NCBI RefSeq assembly: GCF_006345805.1
Contig: NC_042997.1
Coordinates: 206,646,001-206,710,000, forward strand
Origin: Octopus sinensis
Lineage: Eukaryota
Length of the DNA: 64,000 nt
Direction of reading: 5' to 3'
The position numbers were made by a program, and so were the translations under genes. Shown one piece after another: positions 13,044 to 25,786 of the stretch. Position 1 is the first letter of the stretch. Every line of letters begins with the position of its first letter. Under the pieces are notes generated by a model. The model was not told where the DNA came from and searched no databases. It saw only the letters and a list, made by a program, of their open reading frames with translations.

Positions 13044-16000
13044 TTTTACTTTGAAAACAAAAGATTCTAACCTTTGAAACTATTTTTGCCTTGGCTTTTT
13101 GCTGCCTTCGGAAAATTTGTATCATCTTTGATGTTTTTCAATCAATTATCTTTTATGTTTAAATATATGAGAGGTTCGTTTTCGATTCCAAAGAGCATCG
13201 GTTCCTTTAATCTCGCCATTTAGATGACATGAAACTCAAAAAAGCTCTCACAAAGATTTTACCTTGATCAAAATTCTAAACCTTTGAAACTATTTTTGTC
13301 TTGGCTTTTTGCGGCCTTCGGAAAATTTGTATCATCTTTGATGTTTTTCAATCAATTATCTTTTATGTTTAAATATATGAGAGGTTCGTTTTCGATTCCA
13401 AAGAGCATCGGTTCCTTTAATCTCGCCATTTAGATGACATGAAACTCAAAAAAGCTCTCACAAAAATTTTACCTTGATCAAAAGATTCTAAACCTTTGAA
13501 ACTATTTTTGCCTTGGCTTTTTGCGGCCTTCGGAAAATTTGTATAATCTTTGATGTTTTTCAATCAATTATCTTTTATGTTTAAATATATGAGAGGTTCG
13601 TTTTCGATTCCAAAGAGCATCGGTTCCTTTAATCTCGCCATTTAGATGACATGAAACTCAAAAAAGCTCTCACAAAAATTTTACCTTGATCAAAAGATTC
13701 TAAACCTTTGAAACTATTTTTGCCTTGGCTTTTTGCGGCCTTCGGAAAATTTGTATAATCTTTGATGTTTTTCAATCAATTATCTTTTATGTTTAATATA
13801 TGAGAGGTTCGTTTTCGATTCCAAAGAGCATCGGTTCCTTTAATCTCGCCATTTAGATGACATGAAACTCAAAAAAGCTCTCACAAAAATTTTACCTTGA
13901 TCAAAAGATTCTAAACCTTTGAAACTATTTTTGCCTTGGCTTTTTGCGGCCTTCGGAAAATTTGTATCATCTTTGATGTTTTTCAATCAATTATCTTTTA
14001 TGTTTAAATATATGAGAGGTTCGTTTTCGATTCCAAAGAGCATCGGTTCCTTTAATCTCGCCATTTAGATGACATGAAACTCAAAAAAGCTCTCACAAAA
14101 ATTTTACCTTGATCAAAAGATTCTAAACCTTTGAAACTATTTTTGCCTTGGCTTTTTGCGGCTTCGGAAAATTTGTATCATCTTTGATGTTTTTCAATCA
14201 ATTATCTTTTATGTTTAAATATATGAGAGGTTCTTTTTCGATTCCAAAGAGCATCGGTTCCTTTAATCTCGCCATTTAGATGACATGAAACTCAAAAAAG
14301 CTCTCACAAAAATTTTACCTTGATCAAAAGATTCTAAACCTTTGAAACTATTTTTGACTTCGCTTTTTGCTGCCTTCGGAAAATTTGTATCATCTTTGAT
14401 GTTTTTCAATCAATTATCTTTTATGTTTAAATATATGAGAGGTTCGTTTTCGATTCCAAAGAGCTTCGGTTCCTTTAATCTCGCCATTTAGATGACATGA
14501 AACTCAAAAAAGCTCTCACAAAGATTTTACCTTGATCAAAAGATTCTAAACCTTTGAAACTATTTTTGTCTTGGCTTTCGGCCTTCGGAAAATTTGTATC
14601 ATCTTTGATGTTTTTCAATCAATTATCTTTTATGTTAAATATATGAGAGGTTCGTTTTCGATTCCAAAGAGCATCGGTTCCTTTAATCTCGCCATTTAGA
14701 TGACATGAAACTCAAAAAAGCTCTCACAAAAATTTTACCTTGATCAAAAGATTCTAAACCTTTGAAACTATTTTTTTGCCTTGGCTTTTTGCGGCCTTCG
14801 GAAAATTTGTATAATCTTTGATGTTTTTCAATCAATTATCTTTTATGTTTAAATATATGAGAGGTTCGTTTTCGATTCCAAAGAGCATCGGTTCCTTTAA
14901 TCTCGCCATTTAGATGACATGAAACTCAAAAAAGCTCTCACAAAAATTTTACCTTGATCAAAAGATTCTAAACCTTTGAAACTATTTTTGCCTTGGCTTT
15001 TTGCGGCCTTCGGAAAATTTGTATCATCTTTGATGTTTTTCAATCAATTATCTTTTATGTTTAAATATATGAGAGGTTCGTTTTCGATTCCAAAGAGCAT
15101 CGGTTCCTTTAATCTCGCCATTTAGATGACATGAAACTCAAAAAAGCTCTCACAAAAATTTTACCTTGATCAAAAGATTCTAAACCTTTGAACTATTTTT
15201 GCCTTGGCTTTTTGCGGCCTTCGGAAAATTTGTATCATCTTTGATGTTTTTCAATCAATTATCTTTTATGTTTAAATATATGAGAGGTTCTTTTTCGATT
15301 CCAAAGAGCATCGGTTCCTTTAATCTCGCCATTTAGATGACATGAAACTCAAAAAAGCTCTCACAAAAATTTTACCTTGATCAAAAGATTCTAACCTTTG
15401 AAACTATTTTTGACTTCGCTTTTTGCTGCCTTCGGAAAATTGTATCATCTTTGATGTTTTTCAATCAATTATCTTTTATGTTAAATATATGAGAGGTTCG
15501 TTTTCGATTCCAAAGAGCTTCGGTTCCTTTAATCTCGCCATTTAGATGACATGAAACTCAAAAAAGCTCTCACAAAGATTTTACCTTGATCAAAAGATTC
15601 TAAACCTTTGAAACTATTTTTGTTTGGCTTTTTGCGGCCTTCGGAAAATTTGTATCATCTTTGATGTTTTTCAATCATTATCTTTTATGTTTAAATATAT
15701 GAGAGGTTCGTTTTCGATTCCAAAGAGCTTCGGTTCCTTTAATCTCGCCATTTAGATGACATGAAACTCAAAAAAGCTCTCACAAAGATTTTACCTTGAT
15801 CAAAAGATTCTAAACCTTGAAACTATTTTTGTCTTGGCTTTTTGCGGCCTTCGGAAAATTTGTATCATCTTTGATGTTTTTCAATCAATTATCTTTTATG
15901 TTAAATATATGAGAGGTTCGTTTTCGATTCAAAGAGCATCGGTTCCTTTAATCTCGCCATTTAGATGACATGAACTCAAAAAAGCTCTCACAAAAATTTT

Positions 16001-19000
16001 ACCTTGATCAAAAGATTCTAAACCTTTGAAACTATTTTTGCCTTGGCTTTTTGCGGCTTCGGAAAATTTGTATCATCTTTGATGTTTTTCAATCAATTAT
16101 CTTTTATGTTTAAATATATGAGAGGTTCGTTTTCGATTCCAAAGAGCATCGGTCCTTTAATCTCGCCATTTAGATGACATGAAACTCAAAAAAGCTCTCA
16201 CAAAAATTTTACTTGATCAAAAGATTCTAAACCTTTGAAACTATTTTTGCCTTGGCTTTTTGCGGCCTTCGGAAAATTTGTATCATCTTTGATGTTTTTC
16301 AATCAATTATCTTTTATGTTTAAATATATGAGAGGTTCGTTTTCGATTCCAAAGAGCATCGGTTCCTTAATCTCGCCATTTAGATGACATGAAACTCAAA
16401 AAAGCTCTCACAAAAATTTTACCTTGATCAAAAGATTCTAAACCTTTGAAACTATTTTTGCCTTGGCTTTTTGCGGCCTTCGGAAAATTTGTATCATCTT
16501 GATGTTTTTCAATCAATTATCTTTTATGTTTAAATATATGAGAGGTTCTTTTTCGATTCCAAAGAGCATCGGTTCCTTTAATCTCGCCATTTAGATGACA
16601 TGAAACTCAAAAAAGCTCTCACAAAAATTTTACCTTGATCAAAAGATTCTAAACCTTTGAAACTATTTTTGACTTCGCTTTTTGCTGCCTTCGGAAAATT
16701 TGTATCATCTTGATGTTTTTCAATCAATTATCTTTTATGTTTAAATATATGAGAGGTTCGTTTTCGATTCCAAAGAGCTTCGGTTCCTTAATCTCGCCAT
16801 TTAGATGACATGAAACTCAAAAAAGCTCTCACAAAGATTTTACCTTGATCAAAAGATTCTAAACCTTTGAAACTATTTTTGTCTTGGCTTTTTGCGGCTT
16901 CGGAAAATTTGTATCATCTTTGATGTTTTTCAATCAATTATCTTTTATGTTTAATATATGAGAGGTTCGTTTTCGATTCCAAAGAGCATCGGTTCTTTAA
17001 TCTCGCCATTTAGATGACATGAAACTCAAAAAAGCTCTCACAAAAATTTTACTTGATCAAAAGATTCTAAACCTTTGAAACTATTTTTGTCTTGCTTTTT
17101 GCGGCCTTCGGAAAATTTGTATCATCTTTGATGTTTTTCAATCAATTATCTTTTATGTTTAAATATGAGAGGTTCGTTTTCGATTCCAAAGAGCATCGGT
17201 TCCTTTAATCTCGCCATTTAGATGACATGAAACTCAAAAAAGCTCTCACAAAAATTTTACCTTGATCAAAAGATTCTAAACCTTTGAAACTATTTTTGCC
17301 TTGGCTTTTTGCGGCCTTCGGAAAATTTGTATCATCTTTGATGTTTTTCAATCAATTATCTTTTATGTTTAAATATATGAGAGGTTCGTTTTCGATTCCA
17401 AAGAGCATCGGTTCCTTTAATCTCGCCATTTAGATGACATGAAACTCAAAAAAGCTCTCACAAAAATTTTACCTTGATCAAAAGATTCTAAACCTTTGAA
17501 ACTATTTTTGCCTTGGCTTTTTGCGGCCTTCGGAAAATTGTATCATCTTTGATGTTTTTCAATCAATTATCTTTTATGTTTAAATATATGAGAGGTTCGT
17601 TTTCGATTCCAAAGAGCATCGGTTCCTTTAATCTCGCCATTTAGATGACATGAACTCAAAAAAGCTCTCACAAAAATTTTACCTTGATCAAAAGATTCTA
17701 AACCTTTGAAACTATTTTTGCCTTGGCTTTTTGCGGCCTTCGGAAAATTGTATCATCTTTGATGTTTTTCAATCAATTATCTTTTATGTTTAAATATATG
17801 AGAGGTTCTTTTTCGATTCCAAAGAGCATCGGTTCCTTTAATCTCGCCATTTAGATGACATGAAACTCAAAAAGCTCTCACAAAAATTTTACCTTGATCA
17901 AAAGATTCTAAACCTTTGAAACTATTTTTGACTTGGCTTTTTGCTGCCTTCGGAAAATTTGTATCATCTTTGATGTTTTTCAATCAATTATCTTTTATGT
18001 TTAAATATATGAGAGGTTCGTTTTCGATTCCAAAGAGCATCGGTTCCTTTAATCTCGCCATTTAGATGACATGAAACTCAAAAAAGCTCTCACAAAGATT
18101 TTACCTTGATCAAAAGATTCTAAACCTTTGAAACTATTTTTGTCTTGGCTTTTTGCGGCCTTCGGAAAATTTGTATCATCTTTGATGTTTTTCAATCAAT
18201 TATCTTTTATGTTTAAATATATGAGAGGTTCGTTTTCGATTCCAAAGAGCTTCGGTTCCTTTAATCTCGCCATTTAGATGACATGAAACTCAAAAAAGCT
18301 CTCACAAAGATTTTACCTTGATCAAAAGATTCTAAACCTTTGAAACTATTTTTGTCTTGGCTTTTTGCGGCCTTCGGAAAATTTGTATCATCTTTGATGT
18401 TTTTCAATCAATTATCTTTTATGTTTAAATATATGAGAGGTTCGTTTTCGATTCCAAAGAGCATCGGTTCCTTTAATCTCGCCATTTAGATGACATGAAA
18501 CTCAAAAAAGCTCTCACAAAAAGTTTACCTTGATCAAAAGATTCTAAACCTTTGAAACTATTTTTGCCTTGGCTTTTTGCGGCCTTCGGAAAATTTGTAT
18601 CATCTTTGATGTTTTTCAATCAATTATCTTTTATGTTTAAATATATGAGAGGTTCTTTTTCGATTCCAAAGAGCATCGGTTCCTTTAATCTCGCCATTTA
18701 GATGACATGAAACTCAAAAAAGCTCTCACAAAAAGTTTACCTTGATCAAAAGATTCTAAACCTTTGAAACTATTTTTGCCTTGGCTTTTTGCGGCCTTCG
18801 GAAAATTTGTATCATCTTTGATGTTTTTCAATCAATTATCTTTTATGTTTAAATATATGAGAGGTTCTTTTTCGATTCCAAAGAGCATCGGTTCCTTTAA
18901 TCTCGCCATTTAGATGACATGAAACTCAAAAAAGCTCTCACAAAAATTTTACCTTGATCAAAAGATTCTAAACCTTTGAAACTATTTTTGACTTCGCTTT

Positions 19001-20200
19001 TTGCTGCCTTCGGAAAATTTGTATCATCTTTGATGTTTTTCAATCAATTATCTTTTATGTTTAAATATATGAGAGGTTCGTTTTCGATTCCAAAGAGCAT
19101 CGGTTCCTTTAATCTCGCCATTTAGATGACATGAAACTCAAAAAAGCTCTCACAAAAATTTTACCTTGATCAAAAGATTCTAAACCTTTGAAACTATTTT
19201 TGCCTTGGCTTTTTGCGGCCTTCGGAAAATTTGTATCATCTTTGATGTTTTTCAATCAATTATCTTTTATGTTTAAATATATGAGAGGTTCGTTTTCGAT
19301 TCCAAAGAGCATCGGTTCCTTTAATCTCGCCATTTAGATGACATGAAACTCAAAAAAGCTCTCACAAAAATTTTACCTTGATCAAAAGATTCTAAACCTT
19401 TGAAACTATTTTTGCCTTGGCTTTTTGCGGCCTTCGGAAAATTTGTATCATCTTTGATGTTTTTCAATCAATTATCTTTTATGTTTAAATATATGAGAGG
19501 TTCGTTTTCGATTCCAAAGAGCATCGGTTCCTTTAATCTCGCCATTTAGATGACATGAAACTCAAAAAAGCTCTCACAAAAATTTTACCTTGATCAAAAG
19601 ATTCTAAACCTTTGAAACTATTTTTGCCTTGGCTTTTTGCGGCCTTCGGAAAATTTGTATCATCTTTGATGTTTTTCAATCAATTATCTTTTATGTTTAA
19701 ATATATGAGAGGTTCTTTTTCGATTCCAAAGAGCATCGGTTCCTTTAATCTCGCCATTTAGATGACATGAAACTCAAAAAAGCTCTCACAAAAATTTTAC
19801 CTTGATCAAAAGATTCTAAACCTTTGAAACTATTTTTGACTTCGCTTTTTGCTGCCTTCGGAAAATTTGTATCATCTTTGATGTTTTTCAATCAATTATC
19901 TTTTATGTTTAAATATATGAGAGGTTCGTTTTCGATTCCAAAGAGCTTCGGTTCCTTTAATCTCGCCATTTAGATGACATGAAACTCAAAAAAGCTCTCA
20001 CAAAGATTTTACCTTGATCAAAAGATTCTAAACCTTTGAAACTATTTTTGTCTTGGCTTTTTGCGGCCTTCGGAAAATTTGTATCATCTTTGATGTTTTT
20101 CAATCAATTATCTTTTATGTTTAAATATATGAGAGGTTCGTTTTCGATTCCTTTTATCTCGCCATTTAGATGACATGAAAATCAAAAACTCTCTCTCACA
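13044..20200. repeat. 212-bp satellite array, ~34 copies
   Basis: Period of 212 measured at several points (e.g. 13488/13700, 19180/19392); highly homogeneous monomers with no unique spacers. Confidence 0.98.
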
Positions 20201-22170
20201 ATAAGATGATGTTCCTGGTAAGTACAAAGGAAACTGTTTTGAAAACATTGATAGACTTTAAGTCCATAGATTTCAAAATAAATACCACTTTCTGCATGTT
20301 GTTTTATGAGTTTATGAAGAATTCAGAGCTTTTGTCGAAGTTTCTTTGAATTAATACTTCTTCATCAGAAAGTTCATCCGTCTTTAAGCTTTCCTTCTAG
20401 CTTCCAATGTTCGGTAGTACTTCTACAGATTTGCGAAACTTTGGGAATAAATGGCCTATGGGACTTAGATTTCATAATTTACCAAATGTTGAATTTTCAT
20501 CGAAATCTATTCGTTTTCCCAAATTTTTTATGGCAGAAGGAAGAGAAAATTTAAAGTCTTCAACTTTCTTTCGAACCTCGTCAATTTTTCAATTGTTGTT
20601 CATCTTGAAAGCCGAAAAAATTCTTCTGCATATCGATTTATTGATTCTTAAACCTGTCCTGATATCGAAAATATCTACTACTGTCCTTTCAGTTTTTTTT
20701 TCAAGTTCTTTAATTGATAATTTGTATACCCCCATTACATGTTGCGAAAACATCAGAGTTCAATAATTTGGAGGTTATATCTGTGGAATCCTCATCAATG
20801 GAAAGAAGCTTATATAATTCTTTAGATGAATCATTTCCTAAGAAAAATAGGAACTCAAGGCTTTCCCAGAAAGTAAAATTCTTTCAATACATGCCTGAAG
20901 TGATAACCATCTGGTAGGTACATGCCGAAGAATCTCTCCATATCCTGTCTCTGCAAATAAATGAAAGTCTTTAAGAGTTTCTGTTCTTTTTGCCGATACT
21001 GAAAAATGCCCAGATATCTTTAGGATAATATTTTCTACATCACCATAAGTAGGCGAGCTGGCAGAACCGTTAGCATGCCGGGCGAAATGCGTAGCCGTAT
21101 TTCGTCTGCCGCTACGTTCTGAGTTCAAATTCCGCCGAGGTCGACTTTGCCTTTCATCCTTTCGGGATCGATTAAATAAGTACCAGTTACGCACAGGGGT
21201 CGATATAATTGACTTAATCCGTTTGTCCTTGTTTATCCCCTTGTGGGTAGTAAAGAAACATAATATTTTCTACATTTAAGTTTTCCAAAGCACTTTTTAC
21301 TGAATTATGTAAAATGTGTGCACTGCAATTGGCTTTAATAACACTGTTATTTAGTGTGAGAATGTTAGAATATAAAGAATGCTTTATTCCAAAATTGCAA
21401 CTTGTATTATCTGCAGTAAAACCTGAAAGTCTTTCCCAGTCGAGTTGCAAATTGCCCAAAATCTTTCTCAAACGTCCTAAACATTCCATCTACACTTTCA
21501 TCAGCATTCTCAAAAAAGTCAATAAGGTTATTATTCTCTGCACCATGTTCCATATTGAAATATTGAACACATACGGGAAACCTTTCCCCGTTTGTTTGTT
21601 TTTTTTTGTGTGTGTGCCTAGAAATATCAATTTTGAAGGCAAAACTATAGAGGAGGATCATGTTGTTTCGAATATTTCAATGCTACCTCTAATGCTTTTT
21701 TGATGTAACACATTCGTAACTATGGCCTCCGATTTGGTCCGACCACAAGATATCTTTCCAGCTACTTTGGAATCCTGGTAAAATTTTGAATTTAATTTCA
21801 AGCTACAATCAAGGGAGTTGTAGGAATGATTGTGTTTAACTGCATGATATATATATCTGAGCTACTTCTCAAGCAATTACATTATCTTCTTCTTCTTTTG
21901 TATTGGCTTTTACGAAAAATTTATCAATTAAAGATTTAGAAAGTGAAGCACTGCGGTTACTTTTATGCCTATCAGAAGTCTTGTGTTGTTTGATAGCTAC
22001 AACAGCCATACAGCCAATTTTAAAGGTCCTATTACGAGTAATGCATTTTGCCTCTTGTTGCTAACCGTTCATACTCCTTTTCCAGTTTTTGTTATACGAG
22101 CACAATCTCTTCTTTTTCGCTGAGGGTTCCCCGTCACTACAAAATATTAAGCAGTCGCTGCTGTCCCGCC
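20150..22170 (-). pseudogene. hAT transposase pseudogene
   Basis: HAVKHNHSYNSLDC...KISCGRTKSEAIVTNVL; FPVCVQYF; GFTADNTSCNFG; ANCSAHILHN (CxxH); LRHVPTRWLSL; PGTSSYCER...MSSKWRDKRNR (dimerization domain); numerous stops and frameshifts. Confidence 0.88.
21041..21259 (+). mobile_element. tRNA-derived SINE inserted in the hAT transposase, with 16-bp TSD
   Basis: ataatattttctacat at 21025-21040 and 21260-21275; box-B-like gagttcaaattcc; related copies at ~24660-24858 (-) and ~44655-44880 (+). Confidence 0.9.
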
Positions 22171-24659
22171 TTACAAATGCATTAAAACCTTATGGAAGAA
22201 AATAGTTTATTTAGCATTGAAATAAAATATATGTTCCAAAGCAAGGTCGAGAGTCGATGATGAATCATATACGCGCACAGACGCCATTAGAAGATATTTC
22301 AAATATGTGACTATAGCTTAGGCTATGGTAGGTCTATTTAGCTTCTGAAAAAAGCAAATTCTGCTAGCGCATAAAGCCCAGAATTTCTTATAACTTCAAA
22401 CTCCTATATTCTCTAGCCTACTTCTTTGCCATTTAATGGGTGTGTGTGTGCAAGAGAGCTAGCATCCAACTGAATGAGCGACAAGCAGTGGGCCTCACAG
22501 GCTTGCGATGATGTCACTAGCTATATTGAATTTGAAAATAATAATTACTCATTGTAATTTTTCACCAACCATGACTATATTAAGTAAAAAGATAGTATGT
22601 GGCCCAACAAACATGTATGTAAAGTGTGCACAACTTAGAATGTGAACTGAAATTGAAATGCTAGCACTTGAAAAGTTGGTACATTCTTGTAACAATGTAA
22701 AAATTATCATGTCTCGAAAACACACTTTCAATTAATATTGTTATCTGATATTAACATGAAATATTGGCACTACTGTTACAAGTTTTCTCACATAGATTTC
22801 ACTGTTCTTCTGATATTTATAACAAATTATGGCTTGATTTTGTGAAGGGCCTCATCACTACCTTGTTGTATAATACGCCATATTTGTTTTGGTTGTTCTT
22901 CTTCGTGAGTCCCAGCTCATTTCAGGCAGAGTTATTGCCTTTCCAAATGGCCAACGGCACCTCCTTTTTTATTGTTTTATTTTTCTTTTCTTTTTTCTTG
23001 GTGATGATTCTCATATTTAGTCACATAGTTTACGATTTTCTCGTTTTCCCAAAATGAGTGCCTTCGGTTTTGAAATGGAGAATCGAGTTATACATAAAAC
23101 GAGGCTAATTTTACACCCTGGTCTGCGGTCTGCCGCTCTGTGCTTCTGGTATTGTGCACAGAAGCAGAGTTGACAGTCCGTACTTGCACAAGAAGTAAAC
23201 GCTTTTGCAGTCACATCTTGAGAGCGGGAAATTGAACTAACAGTCAAAACGATTTCAAATCTCAATAAAGGACAAGTGCTGAATAAAGGACGGTTGGCAA
23301 CCCTAGCACGAAGTGGCGAGGGGTGTATGGATCAGTTTTGGAATTTCCTCATAGAGAATTTGAAATTAATTATCTACCCCCCCCCCCATGTTTTTAATCG
23401 GCAAAATTACGGCATGAGTACCGTTACTGTCAACCAGGAGCACGTGCTTTTGTTTACATTTGAAGAATAAGATTGTCGCTTTCCGTAAATTAAAAATTTT
23501 GTAAAAAATATATGTGGGGTGGCGAGGAAGGGTATCTTTTCAAGTCGGCGTAAAAGCGAGACAGAGAGCACGATTGGATCGGGGAAGTTCTTTTGAAGTT
23601 GGCCTCTGTGTGAATGCTACAATTTTGTTCCTGCTGCTCACTTGTTCTTTCTCTGGGTTTATTTTTTTTATGTTTGTTGGCGATTTAATGATCAGATTCA
23701 TAGATACGTTATTATTATTATTATTATTATTCGTTTATATTTGTTTTGAAATGTATTGTATAAATACAGGCCCGTAATTCTATTCTTGAAGCCCTTGGAT
23801 GCAGAGACGTTTGGAACTTAAAATCTTTCGTTTTGCACGCACACACACACACACACACACAGTGACACGCAAGCACAGACACACACACGCAAGCACACAC
23901 ACACACAAGCACTCGCACATTAATTCTTCAGATTCACGCTAACTTCAAAAGAACCTCCCTCATACAATCGTGCTCTCTCTCTGTGTCTCTTTTGCTTTCA
24001 CGCCGACTTCATTTCCCACCAACACCATATGTAGTAAAAATATTAAAAAAATTTACGGAAATCAACGATCACCTTCACAAATGTAAATAAACATACGTGG
24101 TTTGTAACTAGCAGTCGTGTGTTCTTGTAACGAAAGATCACCTCTTAATCTCTATTCTTCCACGCTAATTGAAAAAAAAAAAAAAGAAAATTCGAAAAAA
24201 GTTAAAATTTAAAAATGAGGAGGGAGGGACTTAATATTTTGAAAAAATGGTTCATTGCATATTCAAAAAAAAGGGCGATTTTCGTGCTGGTGTACTTGTA
24301 AACATTAACTTTATAAAAGGCAGGCTGTGTGTGTATGTGAATGTAATTTATGCATGTCCATAAATTAGCACGCAAATTTTAGGACATTGGTCATGACCAT
24401 GGCTGTGCTTTTGTCAACTTATTTTCCCAGAAGCAACCGCAAATAGCAGTAAAAATCGATTTTCAACCATAGCTTTTTAGCAATTTCCACGTCAGTGAAA
24501 TCCTTAAGTTTGCTAACATTAGTTTAAGTCCCCTGTATAGCAATGGCAAAAAAGGAAATCAAAAGGTAAATTTTGAGATTAACACTCGCACGATTTTCAC
24601 TAAGAAAAAAAAAAAAAACGGATTTTTTTCATAGAATCTAGTTACCTGAGAGAGAGAAT

Positions 24660-24858
24660 AAGGCCAGCAATTTCATGGGAGGGGGTGAGTTAATTATATT
24701 GTACCCCAGTGTACAACTGGTACTTATTTTATAGACCTGGAAAAGATGAAAGGCAAAGTCAACTTTGATGGAATTTGAACTCAGAAAGTAAAGCCAGGGG
24801 GAATGCTGCTAACCATTTTGCCCAGCATGCTAATGGTTCTGCTAGCTTGCCGCCTTCA
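24660..24858 (-). mobile_element. SINE of the same family as 21041-21259
   Basis: Reverse complement reads aggcggcaagctagcagaaccattagc...gagttcaaattcc...gactttgcctttcatc. Confidence 0.8.
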
Positions 24859-25447
24859 GCCTGCATTTTATATTAAAAGGGTAAAGAACCCCTTTCAGTC
24901 ATGAATGACCGTGGGATTGCACCTAGAAAGTTCTCCTCCAAGGCACAAGTCCAGGCAAGGTTTGTTTATGGAACACCAGCAGTCACCCATCCATACCAGC
25001 CTCCTCTCTCCCCACCACCAATGTTATCCAAGGGAAAGGCAAAGGGGCCAATACAGCTTGGTACCAGTGATGTGGAAACTCATTGCTACAGCTCACTGAA
25101 CAAGGAGCATTGTGAAAGAAAGTGTCTTGTTCAAGAACATAACACACAACCCAGCCTGGAAATTGAACTCATTACCTCATGATTGTGAGCCCGATTCTTT
25201 AACCACTGAGCCAGGCACCTTCATGTATTTTAATATTTAGCAATAATTATTTCTAAAGTAAAAAAAGATAGAAAATGACAACAACACTGTGTGAATGATA
25301 GAAAAATATTCTATTGAATAGTTTTATTCTTACAAAAGACCCTGGGATTGCACCTAGAATTAGAGAATTTCCTTTATTTTCTTTGTCTTTCTTCTGTTAA
25401 ATATATTCCTGTTCACATTATATGTGTTTTCTGAATTCCAATTATAT

Positions 25448-25716
25448 TCAATGATTAGAGAATGTAATCAAATAATTAGGATATGCCTGAGAGTCATGGA
25501 AACTAACATAAATATTGGGTCTGTGAATATTATCAACAGCAGAATTGTAAGATTCCTGTAAAACTTTTAATCCGTGTTGTCCTCGCATCACTCTTCCCAC
25601 AAGAACACTGCATTGGTATATTCTCTTTGTTCCTTGATGGTCAGGAGTAGAATAGGTATCACTTGCAGAATATTGGATGTCTCTGGCAAAATAAACACCT
25701 TCACCATATGCTGTGG
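25448..25716 (-). CDS. PARP14: PARP14-like gene, terminal coding exon (not in the supplied ORF track)
   Basis: Manual translation after the tract tatatcttttttctctcttcttag|: (A)TAYGEGVYFARDIQYSASDTYSTPDHQGTKRIYQCSVLVGRVMRGQHGLKVLQESYNSAVDNIHRPNIYVSFHDSQAYPNYLITFSNH, TGA stop at 25448-25450. Phase matches the upstream exon. Confidence 0.93.
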
Positions 25717-25786
25717 CTAAGAAGAGAGAAAAAAGATATATATGTATATATATATGTGTGTGTGATGATATATATATATATATATC

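Larger units (their letters stand above)
12881..23305 (-). mobile_element. Decayed hAT DNA transposon (~3.1 kb native) inflated by an internal satellite array and a SINE
   Basis: Right end ggttggcaacccta (TAGGGTTGCCAACC on minus) with aataaaggac subterminal repeats; degenerate left end gagaattgccaact; 8-bp flanks ggatgaag / gcacgaag (6/8, candidate TSD); internal transposase remnants. Confidence 0.75.

Noticed and set aside
13044-20200. CRISPR-like or repetitive-protein interpretation of the regular array
   Set aside because: Monomers are contiguous with no unique spacers, the context is eukaryotic, and the 212-bp period with in-unit stops precludes a long ORF.
20407-20917. Plus-strand ORFs of 119 and 67 aa
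   Set aside because: Antisense shadows of the decayed hAT transposase.
12965-22775. Alternative hAT TIR pair tagagatgccaatattt / aaatattggcactactg
   Set aside because: The 11-bp core matches, but the flanks (tcagttcc vs ttacaagt) give no TSD; the 12881/23305 pair has a canonical terminus and a 6/8 TSD.
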